Of a stretch of 47,981 bases of DNA, positions 26,787 to 37,080 are shown piece by piece. The stretch comes from Faecousia sp. (GTDB taxonomy: Bacteria > Bacillota > Clostridia > Oscillospirales > Oscillospiraceae): assembly GCA_045659325.1 (NCBI GenBank), contig JAZOWQ010000104.1, positions 1 through 47,981 on the forward strand, read 5' to 3'. The stretch's first letter is position 1. Every line of letters begins with the position of its first letter. The translations under genes were made by a program, and so were the position numbers. The notes beneath the pieces were generated by a model. The model worked only from the letters and a program-made list of their open reading frames with translations, searched no databases and had not been told where the DNA came from.

Positions 26787-27463
26787 TCGATCTTATAACC
26801 GATTCCCCAAACCACCTTCAGATACTTGGGCTCTTTGGGATTGATTTCTATCTTTTCTCTGATATGACGGACGTGAACCGCAATTGTATTATCGCTTACC
26901 GCACTTTGTTCGTTCCACACATTGGAGTAGATGTCCTCGGCAGAGAACACCCGGCCCCGGTTTCTGACAAGCAACTCCAGAATTTTGTACTCCACAGGTG
27001 TAAGTCTTACAGGCTCACCATCAACCTTTACCGTCTTGCTTTCGGTATTCACACTGAGGCCATCGATCACTATTTCTCCATTCTGCTTTCCAATAGAGCC
27101 GAGGGTAGTATAGCGTCGCAGCTGGGACTTCACTCTTGCCATCAGTTCAGACGGGTTAAACGGCTTTGTGACATAGTCATCTGCACCGGCAGTCAGACCG
27201 AATATTTTATCCGTGTCCTCCGACTTTGCCGACAACAAGATCACAGGGATATTCCTTGACTCACGCAGTTTCATCAAGGTTTTAATCCCGTCCAGCTTCG
27301 GCATCATAATATCAAGGATCATAAGATGCACTTCGTTTTCAGAAAGGGCGTCCAGCGCTTCAATACCATCGTAGGCCTTTATCGCTTTGTATCCTTCTCC
27401 CGAAAGAAATATACTGATACTGTCAACGATCTCTCTGTCGTCGTCTACAACCAATACATTCAT
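26783..27463 (-). CDS. OmpR/PhoB-family response regulator
   Basis: VLVVDDD, LDIMMP, ADDYVTKPF and winged-helix VWGIGYK. Likely start MNVLVV. Confidence 0.95.
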   Translation of the reverse strand: MNVLVVDDDREIVDSISIFLSGEGYKAIKAYDGIEALDALSENEVHLMILDIMMPKLDGIKTLMKLRESRNIPVILLSAKSEDTDKIFGLTAGADDYVTKPFNPSELMARVKSQLRRYTTLGSIGKQNGEIVIDGLSVNTESKTVKVDGEPVRLTPVEYKILELLVRNRGRVFSAEDIYSNVWNEQSAVSDNTIAVHVRHIREKIEINPKEPKYLKVVWGIGYKID

Positions 27464-27632
27464 TTCCTTTTCACCTCCGCCCATATCGTACAATAGATTT
27501 CTTAACATTTATCAACGAGAAAAATTAAGTTTACTTAAGAATTATAGCATATAGTTGTAGTTTTTTCTACCAACAAACAAAAGGCGCCGCCGAAGCGACG
27601 CCTTTTCATAAAGGGTAATCAGTTAAAATTGA

Positions 27633-28886
27633 TTATGCCACATCCATCATTGTTCCGATGAAGAACGGGATGTTGTTCTCACAATCAATGAGCATATACA
27701 CAAACGGTCTGTCGAGATAAACTTCCTTAGGCTGCTCCGGTTCCATTGCTGCGCCATCACCGGGTTCTACAATTGTGACTGCAGCAGCCTTTGTACCCTT
27801 TTCTTCAACGGAGATAAAGGTTTTATGAATTACTCTGGAGATACTGATATTGCCACCGGTAGAAGATCCGAGGCCGGCGAAGTCCGCGTTATTCGGATCA
27901 AAGGCTTCGGTCATACCCATACTCTTAAGGATCTCCGTCATCTCCACGCTATAACTGGTTTCAAACTTCGGAATTGACGTGTAAACCGTTGTGTGCTCCG
28001 GGTTGGAGAGCATCTCATTCAGGAACTCACCGGTCAGCGAAGCAATGTATTCCGAAACGCTCACGCCCTCTTTAGGGAGCATTGCAACAAAGGCATACTT
28101 TCCGCTCTTATAGTACTTCAAGAAACCGGTTGCCTTTTCATCCTCGAAATAATTGCTCTCGGTGCTATACATGAGTTCACACTTTTGCTTCGTTCCGTCT
28201 TCCTTTGTAAACTCACCGTCTTTCACCTGATACTTTTCATAGATATCTGCCCATTCCGCGTCAAATGCCAAGGCGTTGATCAGATACATCAGTGCATCTG
28301 CAGGAATCTTATCCAGGGCACTCGGAATCATGCCATCGGTCTTTTCCTTTACCCAGTTGTTGATGTCCTTACAGGTCTGCTCGTTAAAGGGTGCCTTGTA
28401 GATGTCAGCCCCATAGTAGTCGGCAGTGGTCTGCAGGAAATCCTGATTGACGGTAAATCTCTCATGGTCAGTAAACCAAATGGAGTTGGCAAGGCTCAGC
28501 TTATATTTCTCATCCTGCGGCAGGTTCTGTATATAGCTATAGATGTACAGATTCATTTCCTCGGTGGTCATGCCGAGAACATCTTCCATTTGCTGAAGGG
28601 TTTCTTCCTCAGCTCCGTTTGCAGTCATAGCCAGAGCGCAAAGCACGGACAAAGGAGAAACCAGGGTGTTCTTACCGTTCTCTTCACTTGCCTGGAATAG
28701 ACGGATCGCAAAATCGGTAATTGCAGCATTCTGATCACTGAGATCGTTTAAAGCTGTTACTTTATTGGGGCTAACACCTTCCATAAGGTTGGTGGCCTGT
28801 ACGGTGGTAGCGCAGCCGGAAAGATTTACAGCCATTGCGCAAACCAACAGCAGGCTCAAGAATGCGAGCATTGTTTTCTTATACAT
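27633..28886 (-). CDS. Serpin (serine protease inhibitor), lipoprotein
   Basis: Lipobox LSGC, SPLSV..AL, INNWV..KT.G.I, NALAF..W, hinge EKGTKAAAVT, DRPFVYMLID. Terminator at ~27579-27606. Confidence 0.93.
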   Translation of the reverse strand: MYKKTMLAFLSLLLVCAMAVNLSGCATTVQATNLMEGVSPNKVTALNDLSDQNAAITDFAIRLFQASEENGKNTLVSPLSVLCALAMTANGAEEETLQQMEDVLGMTTEEMNLYIYSYIQNLPQDEKYKLSLANSIWFTDHERFTVNQDFLQTTADYYGADIYKAPFNEQTCKDINNWVKEKTDGMIPSALDKIPADALMYLINALAFDAEWADIYEKYQVKDGEFTKEDGTKQKCELMYSTESNYFEDEKATGFLKYYKSGKYAFVAMLPKEGVSVSEYIASLTGEFLNEMLSNPEHTTVYTSIPKFETSYSVEMTEILKSMGMTEAFDPNNADFAGLGSSTGGNISISRVIHKTFISVEEKGTKAAAVTIVEPGDGAAMEPEQPKEVYLDRPFVYMLIDCENNIPFFIGTMMDVA

Positions 28887-28915
28887 ATAAGCACCTCCTC
28901 TATCGTGAGTGACGG

Positions 28916-30775
28916 TCAATCATCAATTGGGTATTTGCAGTTGGTTGTTTCAGCCCACTCAATGATTTCGGCAATCGTGTCAATCTGCTCTTGGGTTAGA
29001 GCTGCCTGACCCTTATCGCAGCGGACAAAGCCGTACTCCAAATGGATGTGGTAGTTTTTGCCGAATTCGGTATCTGCTTTGTACTGAGGCATACATCTGC
29101 ATACTTTATCCGGATTGTAGTCTAGGTTAACAAGCAGATCTGTCAGTGTAACGGAGTGACCATACATAAAGGTGTACTCTTTTCCGCCTATATACAAGGT
29201 TGTTTGAGTATTGCCGCAGTAACCTGTGATCGGTTCTGCAACAGTCTGCGGACGCAGCGCAGTCATGTGTGCGTGGGTATCATCGGCATCGGTAATATAC
29301 ACATAGTAATTGGCCGAGCCATGATAACCTACACCGGTATCCTTCCAAGTTGCAACGATCTCATAGACATAGCCGCCCTGCTTTGCATAGAAGGCACCAT
29401 CCTGGGATATAACGGATTCTTCTTTTTCATTTTCCTTTTCCCATACCGATTCCGGCCAGCAAGCATAGGTTACGGAGGTGGGCTCCACTTCCCACGCCAA
29501 TTTCACCAAATAGCCAAGGGAGTTGGTGGGCTCATAGGTATTGCTGCCCGGTGCCGGTGCATAAATCGTTTCAGCATACTGGCTGCTGATATATATCGGA
29601 GTTAAAGCATCCTTGGGAATAGGTCTGCCTGCTTGGTCCGCGATCGTTGTGTTCTCCAGGTCATTGCCTAACGCACAAGTCCAGTCATAACCACCGATAT
29701 GCAGAACAGCCTCTCCATCAGGAGTAATTAGCTTACCTTCCGGGGGCTTCTTGTATGCTCCTTCCGTCTGGGGAACGACAACCTTATCTTCCATATAGGA
29801 AGGCAAGCCATCCACATACAAATAGGTATCGATAGAGCCCTCTACCAAAACGTCTCTGCTGAGTTCCAGAATAATGTGCCACTGGGCCATATCATCAGTA
29901 CCTACTTCAGGCACTTTTCGGTCAATTGAAATGCTGATCTTCTTGTCAGCAGTTTGCTGTACACTGCGAACTTCATGGCGGATCGAGCCACTGCCTTCTT
30001 CCAGAAGTACAAAGATCAAGTAATTCTTCTCGAAGAATGTTTCGTCATACTGATCGCATGCATCCAGGAAGCCGATGGTTGTATCGGAGTACACCTTTTC
30101 TTTTCGTTCCAAGTCAAAGACTTCATGCCAAGTGTTGTAGTAGTCCTTCAGCTCCTGCAGGCTGTCAATGATCCGCACACTGGGATACAAAACGCCTTCG
30201 GAATATCCATTGGTACGGATATACTGGGCCGCCCACTGAACATCAGTACCTGTTACTTTACTGTCATCCGGGCACTTAACATTGCCAACAGTAAATTCAG
30301 CCACCAGTTCGCATTTTGTGCTTTTCTCAGCATTGTCCGGCACATAGCAATCGGTTTTGAATCGGTAGGTACCGGGAGACGATACATCAAAGAGATCCGT
30401 TAAATTGTAGGTCTCGTTCTTCAGTTTCCCAGCCGGCAACAGGTAGCCAATCGCAATAAAGGTCGGATCGTCAGGAATAGCACAATTTACCCATTCATCG
30501 CCATCCAATCGCTCAATGGCAAAGGAAGCGCCGTAAGTAACTTCGTATTTGGTTTGGTTATTCCAGGCTACAACGAGAGTCGTTTTCTTTTCGTCCTTAT
30601 GCCAGTTCAGACTATCGATCTGAATTTCAATGCCATCGTAACTGGAAGTAGATTCTCCTGCTGTCATTGTAAGCGGAGCAAAACTGGGATCATTCAGTTT
30701 CGGATTGGACTCTTGGCAGCCAACCAAGCCCAGCAGCAGTACTCCTGCCAATAAAATTGCAAGTATCTTTTTCAT
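28916..30775 (-). CDS. Multidomain lipoprotein (Ig-like domain + PrcB C-terminal-like domain + unknown)
   Basis: Lipobox LVGC, YGASFAIE...W...PGTYRF Ig-like segment, EEGSGSIRHEV...TDDMAQWHIILEL PrcB_C-like segment. Confidence 0.65.
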   Translation of the reverse strand: MKKILAILLAGVLLLGLVGCQESNPKLNDPSFAPLTMTAGESTSSYDGIEIQIDSLNWHKDEKKTTLVVAWNNQTKYEVTYGASFAIERLDGDEWVNCAIPDDPTFIAIGYLLPAGKLKNETYNLTDLFDVSSPGTYRFKTDCYVPDNAEKSTKCELVAEFTVGNVKCPDDSKVTGTDVQWAAQYIRTNGYSEGVLYPSVRIIDSLQELKDYYNTWHEVFDLERKEKVYSDTTIGFLDACDQYDETFFEKNYLIFVLLEEGSGSIRHEVRSVQQTADKKISISIDRKVPEVGTDDMAQWHIILELSRDVLVEGSIDTYLYVDGLPSYMEDKVVVPQTEGAYKKPPEGKLITPDGEAVLHIGGYDWTCALGNDLENTTIADQAGRPIPKDALTPIYISSQYAETIYAPAPGSNTYEPTNSLGYLVKLAWEVEPTSVTYACWPESVWEKENEKEESVISQDGAFYAKQGGYVYEIVATWKDTGVGYHGSANYYVYITDADDTHAHMTALRPQTVAEPITGYCGNTQTTLYIGGKEYTFMYGHSVTLTDLLVNLDYNPDKVCRCMPQYKADTEFGKNYHIHLEYGFVRCDKGQAALTQEQIDTIAEIIEWAETTNCKYPIDD

Positions 30776-30814
30776 TGCTTCACGCCCTTTCTATAGAGCT
30801 GTGGCCGGGAATTG

Positions 30815-31414
30815 TTAGTTGGGAATTCCCAGCAGTGTGCGTAATTCGTTTGCTTGTGTCTGGGTTAATTTGTATGTCTGATTTGTGGTCAGATTTGTGA
30901 GGGTTTTGCCAACAAGCTGGTACTCTGTCTTAACGCCTTCATGGGTGATCATTGTAATCGTGTAAGCAGCATTCGCTGAATCCATGATACTTCCGGAAAT
31001 ATCCTCTCCATTATCCTTAGGGACATCGTCTTCATCTACAACATTGTCGGTTGTCCCATTTGATGAAGGGGCCCGTGTACCATAAGAGTACAACTGATCT
31101 GAAATCAGCAGTAGATCCGCCACTTCAGTATGAGATATGGAGAAATTATTGCCAGATACGGTGATCTTGGCAATCGGACAGGACAGGCTTGCAAAGCCGT
31201 CACTTCCCATTCCATCAACGACAGGTCTTGTGTCTCCGGGATCTGCTGCTCCATCAGGCGTAACATTCGGGCGCAAGAATGCACCCAATATAGTGATGCA
31301 CAGTACCAAAGGAATGCAAGCCATTAGGATATGATTTCTGCGTGCCTTTCGCTCTTTGATTCTCTTTTCGCTTCGGCGGAACACTTCCGCTTTTCGTTCT
31401 TCAAAATTTCTCAT
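30815..31414 (-). CDS. Putative single-TM anti-sigma factor
   Basis: Short basic N-terminus, one TM, overlaps the ECF sigma stop. Confidence 0.65.
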   Translation of the reverse strand: MRNFEERKAEVFRRSEKRIKERKARRNHILMACIPLVLCITILGAFLRPNVTPDGAADPGDTRPVVDGMGSDGFASLSCPIAKITVSGNNFSISHTEVADLLLISDQLYSYGTRAPSSNGTTDNVVDEDDVPKDNGEDISGSIMDSANAAYTITMITHEGVKTEYQLVGKTLTNLTTNQTYKLTQTQANELRTLLGIPN

Positions 31415-31962
31415 AATAACAGCTCACCATCCTTTCCAAGAATGATGCGAAGTTCCTTTTTTGCTCGATATAGAAGGTTATCGACTTGCTTCCGGTTCTT
31501 CTTCATAACCTTGGCTGCCTCGTCGTAAGTAAGGTCTTCAAAATAAACTAAGTGAATGACAACACGCATATCATCCGGCAAAGAGTTCAGAGCGTTGTTT
31601 ACAACACGTTTTCGTTCATCTGCCAGGACGATTTCTTCTAGTGTTTCCTGTTCGGACGGGGTATTATCTGCCTCAGAAAGCTCCACAAAGTCAATGACCT
31701 TGCAGTGCTTTAAGTAGTTTAAGGCACGGCTCCGGCCGAGCATAAACAGATAGGTTTTCAGTGTTACCTTGAAATTGTACCGATGCTTATTGACCACCAG
31801 ATCCGAAAAGGCATCAATGGCAATATCCTCGGCTGCGTGTATGTCATGCACAAAGCGATCAATGAAGAATACGAGGTTTTCGAAATACTCCTTCATAATT
31901 TCGTCAAAGGCACTTTCATCACCATCAAGGAAACGGCGGTAGCTACTTGCGCCGTTATCCAT
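31411..31962 (-). CDS. ECF RNA polymerase sigma factor
   Basis: AEDIAIDAF, LKTYLF..R..ALNYL, region 4 LP...YFEDLTYDEAA...LYRAKKELR. Confidence 0.92.
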   Translation of the reverse strand: MDNGASSYRRFLDGDESAFDEIMKEYFENLVFFIDRFVHDIHAAEDIAIDAFSDLVVNKHRYNFKVTLKTYLFMLGRSRALNYLKHCKVIDFVELSEADNTPSEQETLEEIVLADERKRVVNNALNSLPDDMRVVIHLVYFEDLTYDEAAKVMKKNRKQVDNLLYRAKKELRIILGKDGELLL

Positions 31963-32125
31963 GTGTTTCCCTCCTTAGGGTGAAAGGCTCACGTCTGACC
32001 CTTTCACTTATTATACAACTGAGCAAGGGGTAGTTCCTTATGTTATTTTTATTATAGCATAGATTTCCCAAAAATAAAGAAACCCTGCTATCGGTGTAAA
32101 TAGCAGGGTTTCAAATATTATTTCG

Positions 32126-34576
32126 TTAGGAAATACGCTTTGCCTTCTCCAGGCAATCAGATTCCAGCTTTTCCATATCAATCGCATCGCTTTTAGGATC
32201 CAAAAGAATGTCGGCAACATCCTGAGAGAACATACTGCGAACTTCGCTTTCATAGACATTACCGCCGTTCGGCTGCTGGAATTCCTGCAATTCGTATCCG
32301 ATGGCAGGACCTCCACGGAAAGTAAGGACGGCAGGAGTAGCCGTAGCGGCTATTCTGTGCAGTTCGCCGTCAAGATGCTCGTATTTATGATAAACGTACT
32401 GAAGATAGACAATAACCTTTGTTACATATTCGCTCTCTCCAACCAGCGGTGTGCCGCTTTGAATTCCAAGAACCTGGTGGGCCTCTACGGAAACCAAGCC
32501 GCTGTCTTTCTCCTGAAAGCGGTTAGGGGCATTTTGGCTCAAAATGGCATTTGTAATTGCATTTTCTAGCAGGTTGCTTTCTATGACAAATAAATCCTCA
32601 CCGACTATGAGTCCGTTTGCATAACCATCCTCGCCATCTACCGGTGTGGTACTGGCATAGTGCTCGTAGATAAACTCCGCTACACCACCATCCCGAATAT
32701 CTATTTTTTGATCCATATCATTGATTAGGCTCGGTCTCAAATAGATATACATGGGGGTATCATCTTGATCAGGCATTGCTGAACCACCAATCCAAACTTC
32801 AAACTTATCGTTGATTGGGTATACCCGAATATACAGACCCGAGCCGGTTTCGTAGTATTTATATTTCTCGAAGTCGGACCACCCTAATTCATAACCTTTT
32901 TCAGAAAGTTTGACAACATCGTTGAGTGTGAGCTTTTGATCTCCACCATGGTACAAAAGAGTATCAACCACATCGACGGGTTTAAATGCTTCCCCGGTAC
33001 AGTGGAACTTCTCACCGGTTTTGACTTTGACATATATAAAGTTGGAAGAATTCTTCTCTATATACACCAGATCAGTACCATCAAGTTTGAAGTGGTTGAC
33101 CAAACCACATCCTGCCTCGTCATCGTCGGTCATTGTAATGAGGTCTCCGTCTTGTTTCCATGTTCCTACGCCGAAGTAACTGCTGGCACTTCCCTCGTTG
33201 TAGGTATAGCTTCCATCATCATAGAGTGTAATGGTGAAACGGGAGAGACTACCAACGAATCCCTCGTTTTCGTAAACATAGGTCTTTCCGCGCACCCTGG
33301 ATAAATTGGTTTCAAAATCTGCCGGGGTTAAAAGCCAACCGCCGCCACTGACTGTATTTATCACTTCATCATTGGATGCTCCTTCCGGAATGGAGAGGGC
33401 ATATATGATCTTGCCATTCTTTCCATAGGCCGTAATCGAATAGCCACGCAAATCAGTTACACCTTGAAGATGCTCAAGCCATACCTTCTCCCCCTTCTTA
33501 AGCGAGGACTCATCAGCATTGACTACGCCTCCACTGGTGTTGGGTCCTGATACTTCGATGGATTCAACACCCTCTGCACCAATCAACAAATAGTATCCAT
33601 CCTCAGTAAGATTAGGATCATCCTCATCTTTCGGATTTGTAAGGAAACATACCGCAACAGCTACACAAGCAACGACAGCTGCAATGATAATCCAGAAAGC
33701 GGGTTTCTTATAATTCATCACGGACTTCACACGCTCCTTTACGCCAACCTCTCCGAATGCGAGAGGGCAAGCCGCAATCCTGCGGCGATTGACACTGCAG
33801 GCAACCAGTGCCTGGGTGTAGTCGGCTCGGTTCTCATTGTCCATTTCCTTGATGACTTTTTCATCACAGGCCAACTCGATGTCCCGGCACAGCAGAATGT
33901 AACCAACCCACATTAACGGATTGAACCAATGGAGTGCCAGGAGGACAAAGCCAAAGGGCTTCCACCAGTGGTCTTTGCGGCGGATATGAGACTCCTCATG
34001 GGCAATGACATGCTCCAAATTCTTACCATCCATCTGGAAAGGCAGATAGATCTTCGGTTTGATAATTCCCAACACAAAGGGAGAATCAACATTCTCGCTC
34101 TGATAGATATTATTTCTGAGAAGAACTGCGGTAGTAACTCTTCTGCACAACAGGAAATAGCTGACCGCTGTATAGAGCAGCATAACCGCAACACCTGCAA
34201 GCCACAAAATGCCTGCCACTGGAATCAGAATCTGCAATGGATTCGCGCTGGCTAACGGCTGTGGGGCAAAAGTCTGGGTTATGATTGGGTTGATTACAGA
34301 ATCCACAGAGCCAATGCCGGTGGAGATCTCCGGTGTCCAATCCATCATAATTTCGGGACTGACGGTTTCCGCACTGGGAATTAGACTGAGCACACTCTCG
34401 ATAGTGAACGGGCAAATCAATCGGACAGCCACAAATCCCCAAAGGAGCACGCTGACCCACTTAGGCGCCTTTTTCAAAACCAGTCTGAGAAGCAACACTG
34501 CAAGCACAAGCCAGCTGGCTGATATACTCATGTTGACTATTTTCAAAAAGACTTCACTTAAAAGGACCTCGTTCAT
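32126..34576 (-). CDS. BlaR1/MecR1-like M56 metallopeptidase sensor, 816 aa, non-PBP extracellular region
   Basis: SPFVLG..KPKIYLP, HEESH, HWFNPL, ELACDE, VKERV. No recognisable penicillin-binding domain. Confidence 0.92.
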   Translation of the reverse strand: MNEVLLSEVFLKIVNMSISASWLVLAVLLLRLVLKKAPKWVSVLLWGFVAVRLICPFTIESVLSLIPSAETVSPEIMMDWTPEISTGIGSVDSVINPIITQTFAPQPLASANPLQILIPVAGILWLAGVAVMLLYTAVSYFLLCRRVTTAVLLRNNIYQSENVDSPFVLGIIKPKIYLPFQMDGKNLEHVIAHEESHIRRKDHWWKPFGFVLLALHWFNPLMWVGYILLCRDIELACDEKVIKEMDNENRADYTQALVACSVNRRRIAACPLAFGEVGVKERVKSVMNYKKPAFWIIIAAVVACVAVAVCFLTNPKDEDDPNLTEDGYYLLIGAEGVESIEVSGPNTSGGVVNADESSLKKGEKVWLEHLQGVTDLRGYSITAYGKNGKIIYALSIPEGASNDEVINTVSGGGWLLTPADFETNLSRVRGKTYVYENEGFVGSLSRFTITLYDDGSYTYNEGSASSYFGVGTWKQDGDLITMTDDDEAGCGLVNHFKLDGTDLVYIEKNSSNFIYVKVKTGEKFHCTGEAFKPVDVVDTLLYHGGDQKLTLNDVVKLSEKGYELGWSDFEKYKYYETGSGLYIRVYPINDKFEVWIGGSAMPDQDDTPMYIYLRPSLINDMDQKIDIRDGGVAEFIYEHYASTTPVDGEDGYANGLIVGEDLFVIESNLLENAITNAILSQNAPNRFQEKDSGLVSVEAHQVLGIQSGTPLVGESEYVTKVIVYLQYVYHKYEHLDGELHRIAATATPAVLTFRGGPAIGYELQEFQQPNGGNVYESEVRSMFSQDVADILLDPKSDAIDMEKLESDCLEKAKRIS

Positions 34577-34578
34577 AG

Positions 34579-34944
34579 TCAGCCTCCTTTCCGGATGCGG
34601 TCGATCATACGCTGCACCTCATCCAGTTCCTCGTCGGAAATGTCCTGGCGTTTGGTGAAGGCTGCAACGAAGGCCGGCAGAGATCCTTGGAACTTTTCTT
34701 CTACCAGCTCGTTAATCTCTCTGGCCTGGGCAGCTTCCTTGGAGACAAGGGAAGTAATCCTACCGTCCTCATTCTTCAGAACGCCGCGCTCTCCTAGTCT
34801 CTTAATAACAGTGTAAGTAGTGGTACGCTTCCAGCCCAGCTGATCCTGGCACAGTTTTACCAGTTCCGATGTAGTAACCGGTTCGTGCTCCCACATAATC
34901 AAACAAAAACGATATTCACTTTCAAAAATCTTGGGTGTTTCCAT
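34579..34944 (-). CDS. BlaI/MecI/CopY family repressor
   Basis: SEYRFCLIMW, WKRTTTYTVIKRL, F.GSLPAFVAAF; adjacent to the M56 gene. Confidence 0.93.
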   Translation of the reverse strand: METPKIFESEYRFCLIMWEHEPVTTSELVKLCQDQLGWKRTTTYTVIKRLGERGVLKNEDGRITSLVSKEAAQAREINELVEEKFQGSLPAFVAAFTKRQDISDEELDEVQRMIDRIRKGG

Positions 34945-34958
34945 AAGTTCAACTCCTT

Positions 34959-35012
34959 GTCTAATCTGTTAGACGATGTGTATAGTCTAACTCATTAGAC
35001 AGCCGTTGTCAA
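34959..35012 (-). promoter_or_regulatory. Promoter with twin palindromic operators GTCTAA-N4-TTAGAC
   Basis: Operators at 34959-34974 and 34985-35000. TTGACA (35007-35012) N17 TAGACT. Confidence 0.8.
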
Positions 35013-35167
35013 TAGGGTTCACGAAAATGTTACAGATTGCTTGTCAGAATGCTCAAGTTGAAATATTTGATTAGATTTGATAAATTTATTATATGAACTG
35101 CAATTTTTCTTCCTAATCTTCGAGTAGATAGATGAAAGGCCTTTGCTGAAAATTTGGAGGTGAGGAA

Positions 35168-35725
35168 ATGGAAGACAAACAGATCGTTGGACTATACTGG
35201 GCAAGAGAGGAATCTGCGATTCACGAAACTGCCGTGAAATACGGAAACTATTGCCATAGTATCGCTTACAATATCCTGCAGGATCAGCAGGATGCAGAGG
35301 AAAGTGTCAATGATACATATATGGATGCATGGAATACGATACCCCCAAACCGACCTTCCGTTCTCTCTACCTTCCTGGGAAAAATAACACGCAGAATTTC
35401 CGTTGACCGTTGGCGCATTAGAAACGCAAAGAAACGGGGCGGTGACGAAGTTGTCCTCGCGTTGGACGAACTGGAGGAATGTGTCAGTGGAAGTGATGAT
35501 GTGGAGTTGCGGGCACAACGCAATGAATTGATTACCGAAATTCACCGTTTTCTTGACAGTTTACCTGAAACGGAACGCAGAATTTTTTTGCTTCGATATT
35601 GGTATCTGGAGCCGACACAACTCATTGCTGAGAAATATAGATTTAGCCAAAGCAAGGTCTTATCTATGCTACATCGTATTCGCGGAAAGCTACGAAAACA
35701 TCTTGAAAAGGGGGATTATATATGA
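35168..35725 (+). CDS. ECF RNA polymerase sigma factor
   Basis: MEDKQIV.LYW.R.E.AI, DAEESVNDTY..AWNTIPP.RP, region 4 IFLLRYW. Confidence 0.92.
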   Translation: MEDKQIVGLYWAREESAIHETAVKYGNYCHSIAYNILQDQQDAEESVNDTYMDAWNTIPPNRPSVLSTFLGKITRRISVDRWRIRNAKKRGGDEVVLALDELEECVSGSDDVELRAQRNELITEIHRFLDSLPETERRIFLLRYWYLEPTQLIAEKYRFSQSKVLSMLHRIRGKLRKHLEKGDYI

Positions 35726-36579
35726 AATCTAAAGAACTTCTCGACTTAATTGGGGAAGCTCAAGATGAGTATATTTTGGATGCAAAAGCGCCGGTGAAAA
35801 AAGGCCGCCCTTCGTGGGTGAAGTGGGTCGCTCTTGCTGCTTGTCTTTGCGTTGCTGTGATGGGATTTTTCCCCTTGTTAGGTAATCACGAATCTACATT
35901 TGTGCTGACCGCGTATGCGCTCAGCGAAGATAATAGTCTGTTGTCTCTTAAAATGGAAGAAGGCCAAAGCGTTCCTATCACCACTTTCACTGCGGGCAAC
36001 GGCATGGAAGGATTTGTTTTCTCTCACAAAAATCAGGAATCAGACCCAGCGCTGCTTGGTTCAATTATAATTACAGATACAGATTTTTCTCCCTACATTA
36101 TGGCTGATAGCTTAAAAGGGGCATCAGCAGAGATTGGGGAAATCGACCACATTGATATGGAGAAAACGCAGCAATATATTTTCTTTGTTCCCTCGAAGGG
36201 AGAACCGACACCTTATAGCTTGACGATCTCTATTTATGACGAAGAAACAAGCACAGCTGCAAATCTGACGATTGTGATTGAATATGATGAGAATGGCTAT
36301 TCAGCGAAAATTGATAAAATCAACAGTTACGAGATTATCGGCGATATTGACGAACTGTTGAAGCCGTATCAGGAGGTTCTGGATCGCCTCAATGCGGAGT
36401 ATGACTACAAGCTCTATATCCCGGAGGACAGGAAGTACAGTGTGTATGATGCATATAAAGATCTATCTCCGGAAGAATTTGAGAAACAGATACTCGAAGA
36501 ACTGGATGGCTCTACTGAAGAGTTTGAAAGTAACGGGGAAATGAATTTTGAAATTATTGATATTACACCCCAGAATTAA
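35722..36579 (+). CDS. Putative single-TM anti-sigma factor
   Basis: LLDLIGEAQDEYILDA...W..WVALAACL N-terminus; overlaps the sigma stop. Confidence 0.7.
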   Translation: MKSKELLDLIGEAQDEYILDAKAPVKKGRPSWVKWVALAACLCVAVMGFFPLLGNHESTFVLTAYALSEDNSLLSLKMEEGQSVPITTFTAGNGMEGFVFSHKNQESDPALLGSIIITDTDFSPYIMADSLKGASAEIGEIDHIDMEKTQQYIFFVPSKGEPTPYSLTISIYDEETSTAANLTIVIEYDENGYSAKIDKINSYEIIGDIDELLKPYQEVLDRLNAEYDYKLYIPEDRKYSVYDAYKDLSPEEFEKQILEELDGSTEEFESNGEMNFEIIDITPQN

Positions 36580-36633
36580 GTTTGTCTGGAGTTGGCTACA
36601 AAATATGAATCAGATATTAAAGGAGGTAATAAA

Positions 36634-37029
36634 ATGAAGAAATTAGTATGCTTTGCTATTGCTATGTTGTTATTTGTGCTGTCAGGGTGTTCATCTCAGC
36701 AACCAAACAATCAAACGGATGATTACTACAAATTCAATCGAGCAGGAATATCAGAAATTGAGGGAACATCCCAAATGTCCGATCCCGTAAAAAATGTAGT
36801 TATTACGAAAGAGAATGCAGAGAGGTTTCTAAATCAGATTGATGAATTATGTTTACAGCCTACGGGTGCCGATGATGATAAAAAAGGATGGGAATATTTT
36901 TTTGCTGTTAAATACGATGATGGAAGTACGACATCGATAACTCTTTCTGAAGGAAAGATAAATATTGATGGCAAAGTCTATAAAACCGACCTATATCAAT
37001 CGAATGATTTCTCGGTATATTTTGAGTAA
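36634..37029 (+). CDS. Small lipoprotein
   Basis: AAGGAGG RBS, MKK + hydrophobic stretch + LSGC lipobox. Confidence 0.8.
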   Translation: MKKLVCFAIAMLLFVLSGCSSQQPNNQTDDYYKFNRAGISEIEGTSQMSDPVKNVVITKENAERFLNQIDELCLQPTGADDDKKGWEYFFAVKYDDGSTTSITLSEGKINIDGKVYKTDLYQSNDFSVYFE

Positions 37030-37036
37030 CGACTAC

Positions 37037-37072
37037 AAGGACCTGCATCCCAATCTGGGGTGCAGGTCCTTT
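37037..37072. terminator. Bidirectional terminator
   Basis: aaggacctgcatcc..ggggtgcaggtcctt between convergent genes. Confidence 0.75.
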
Positions 37073-37080
37073 CTATTTAG

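Noticed and set aside
27501-27540. TTAAG direct repeat as autoregulatory box of the response regulator
   Set aside because: 10-bp period in AT-rich DNA; too weak to distinguish from chance.
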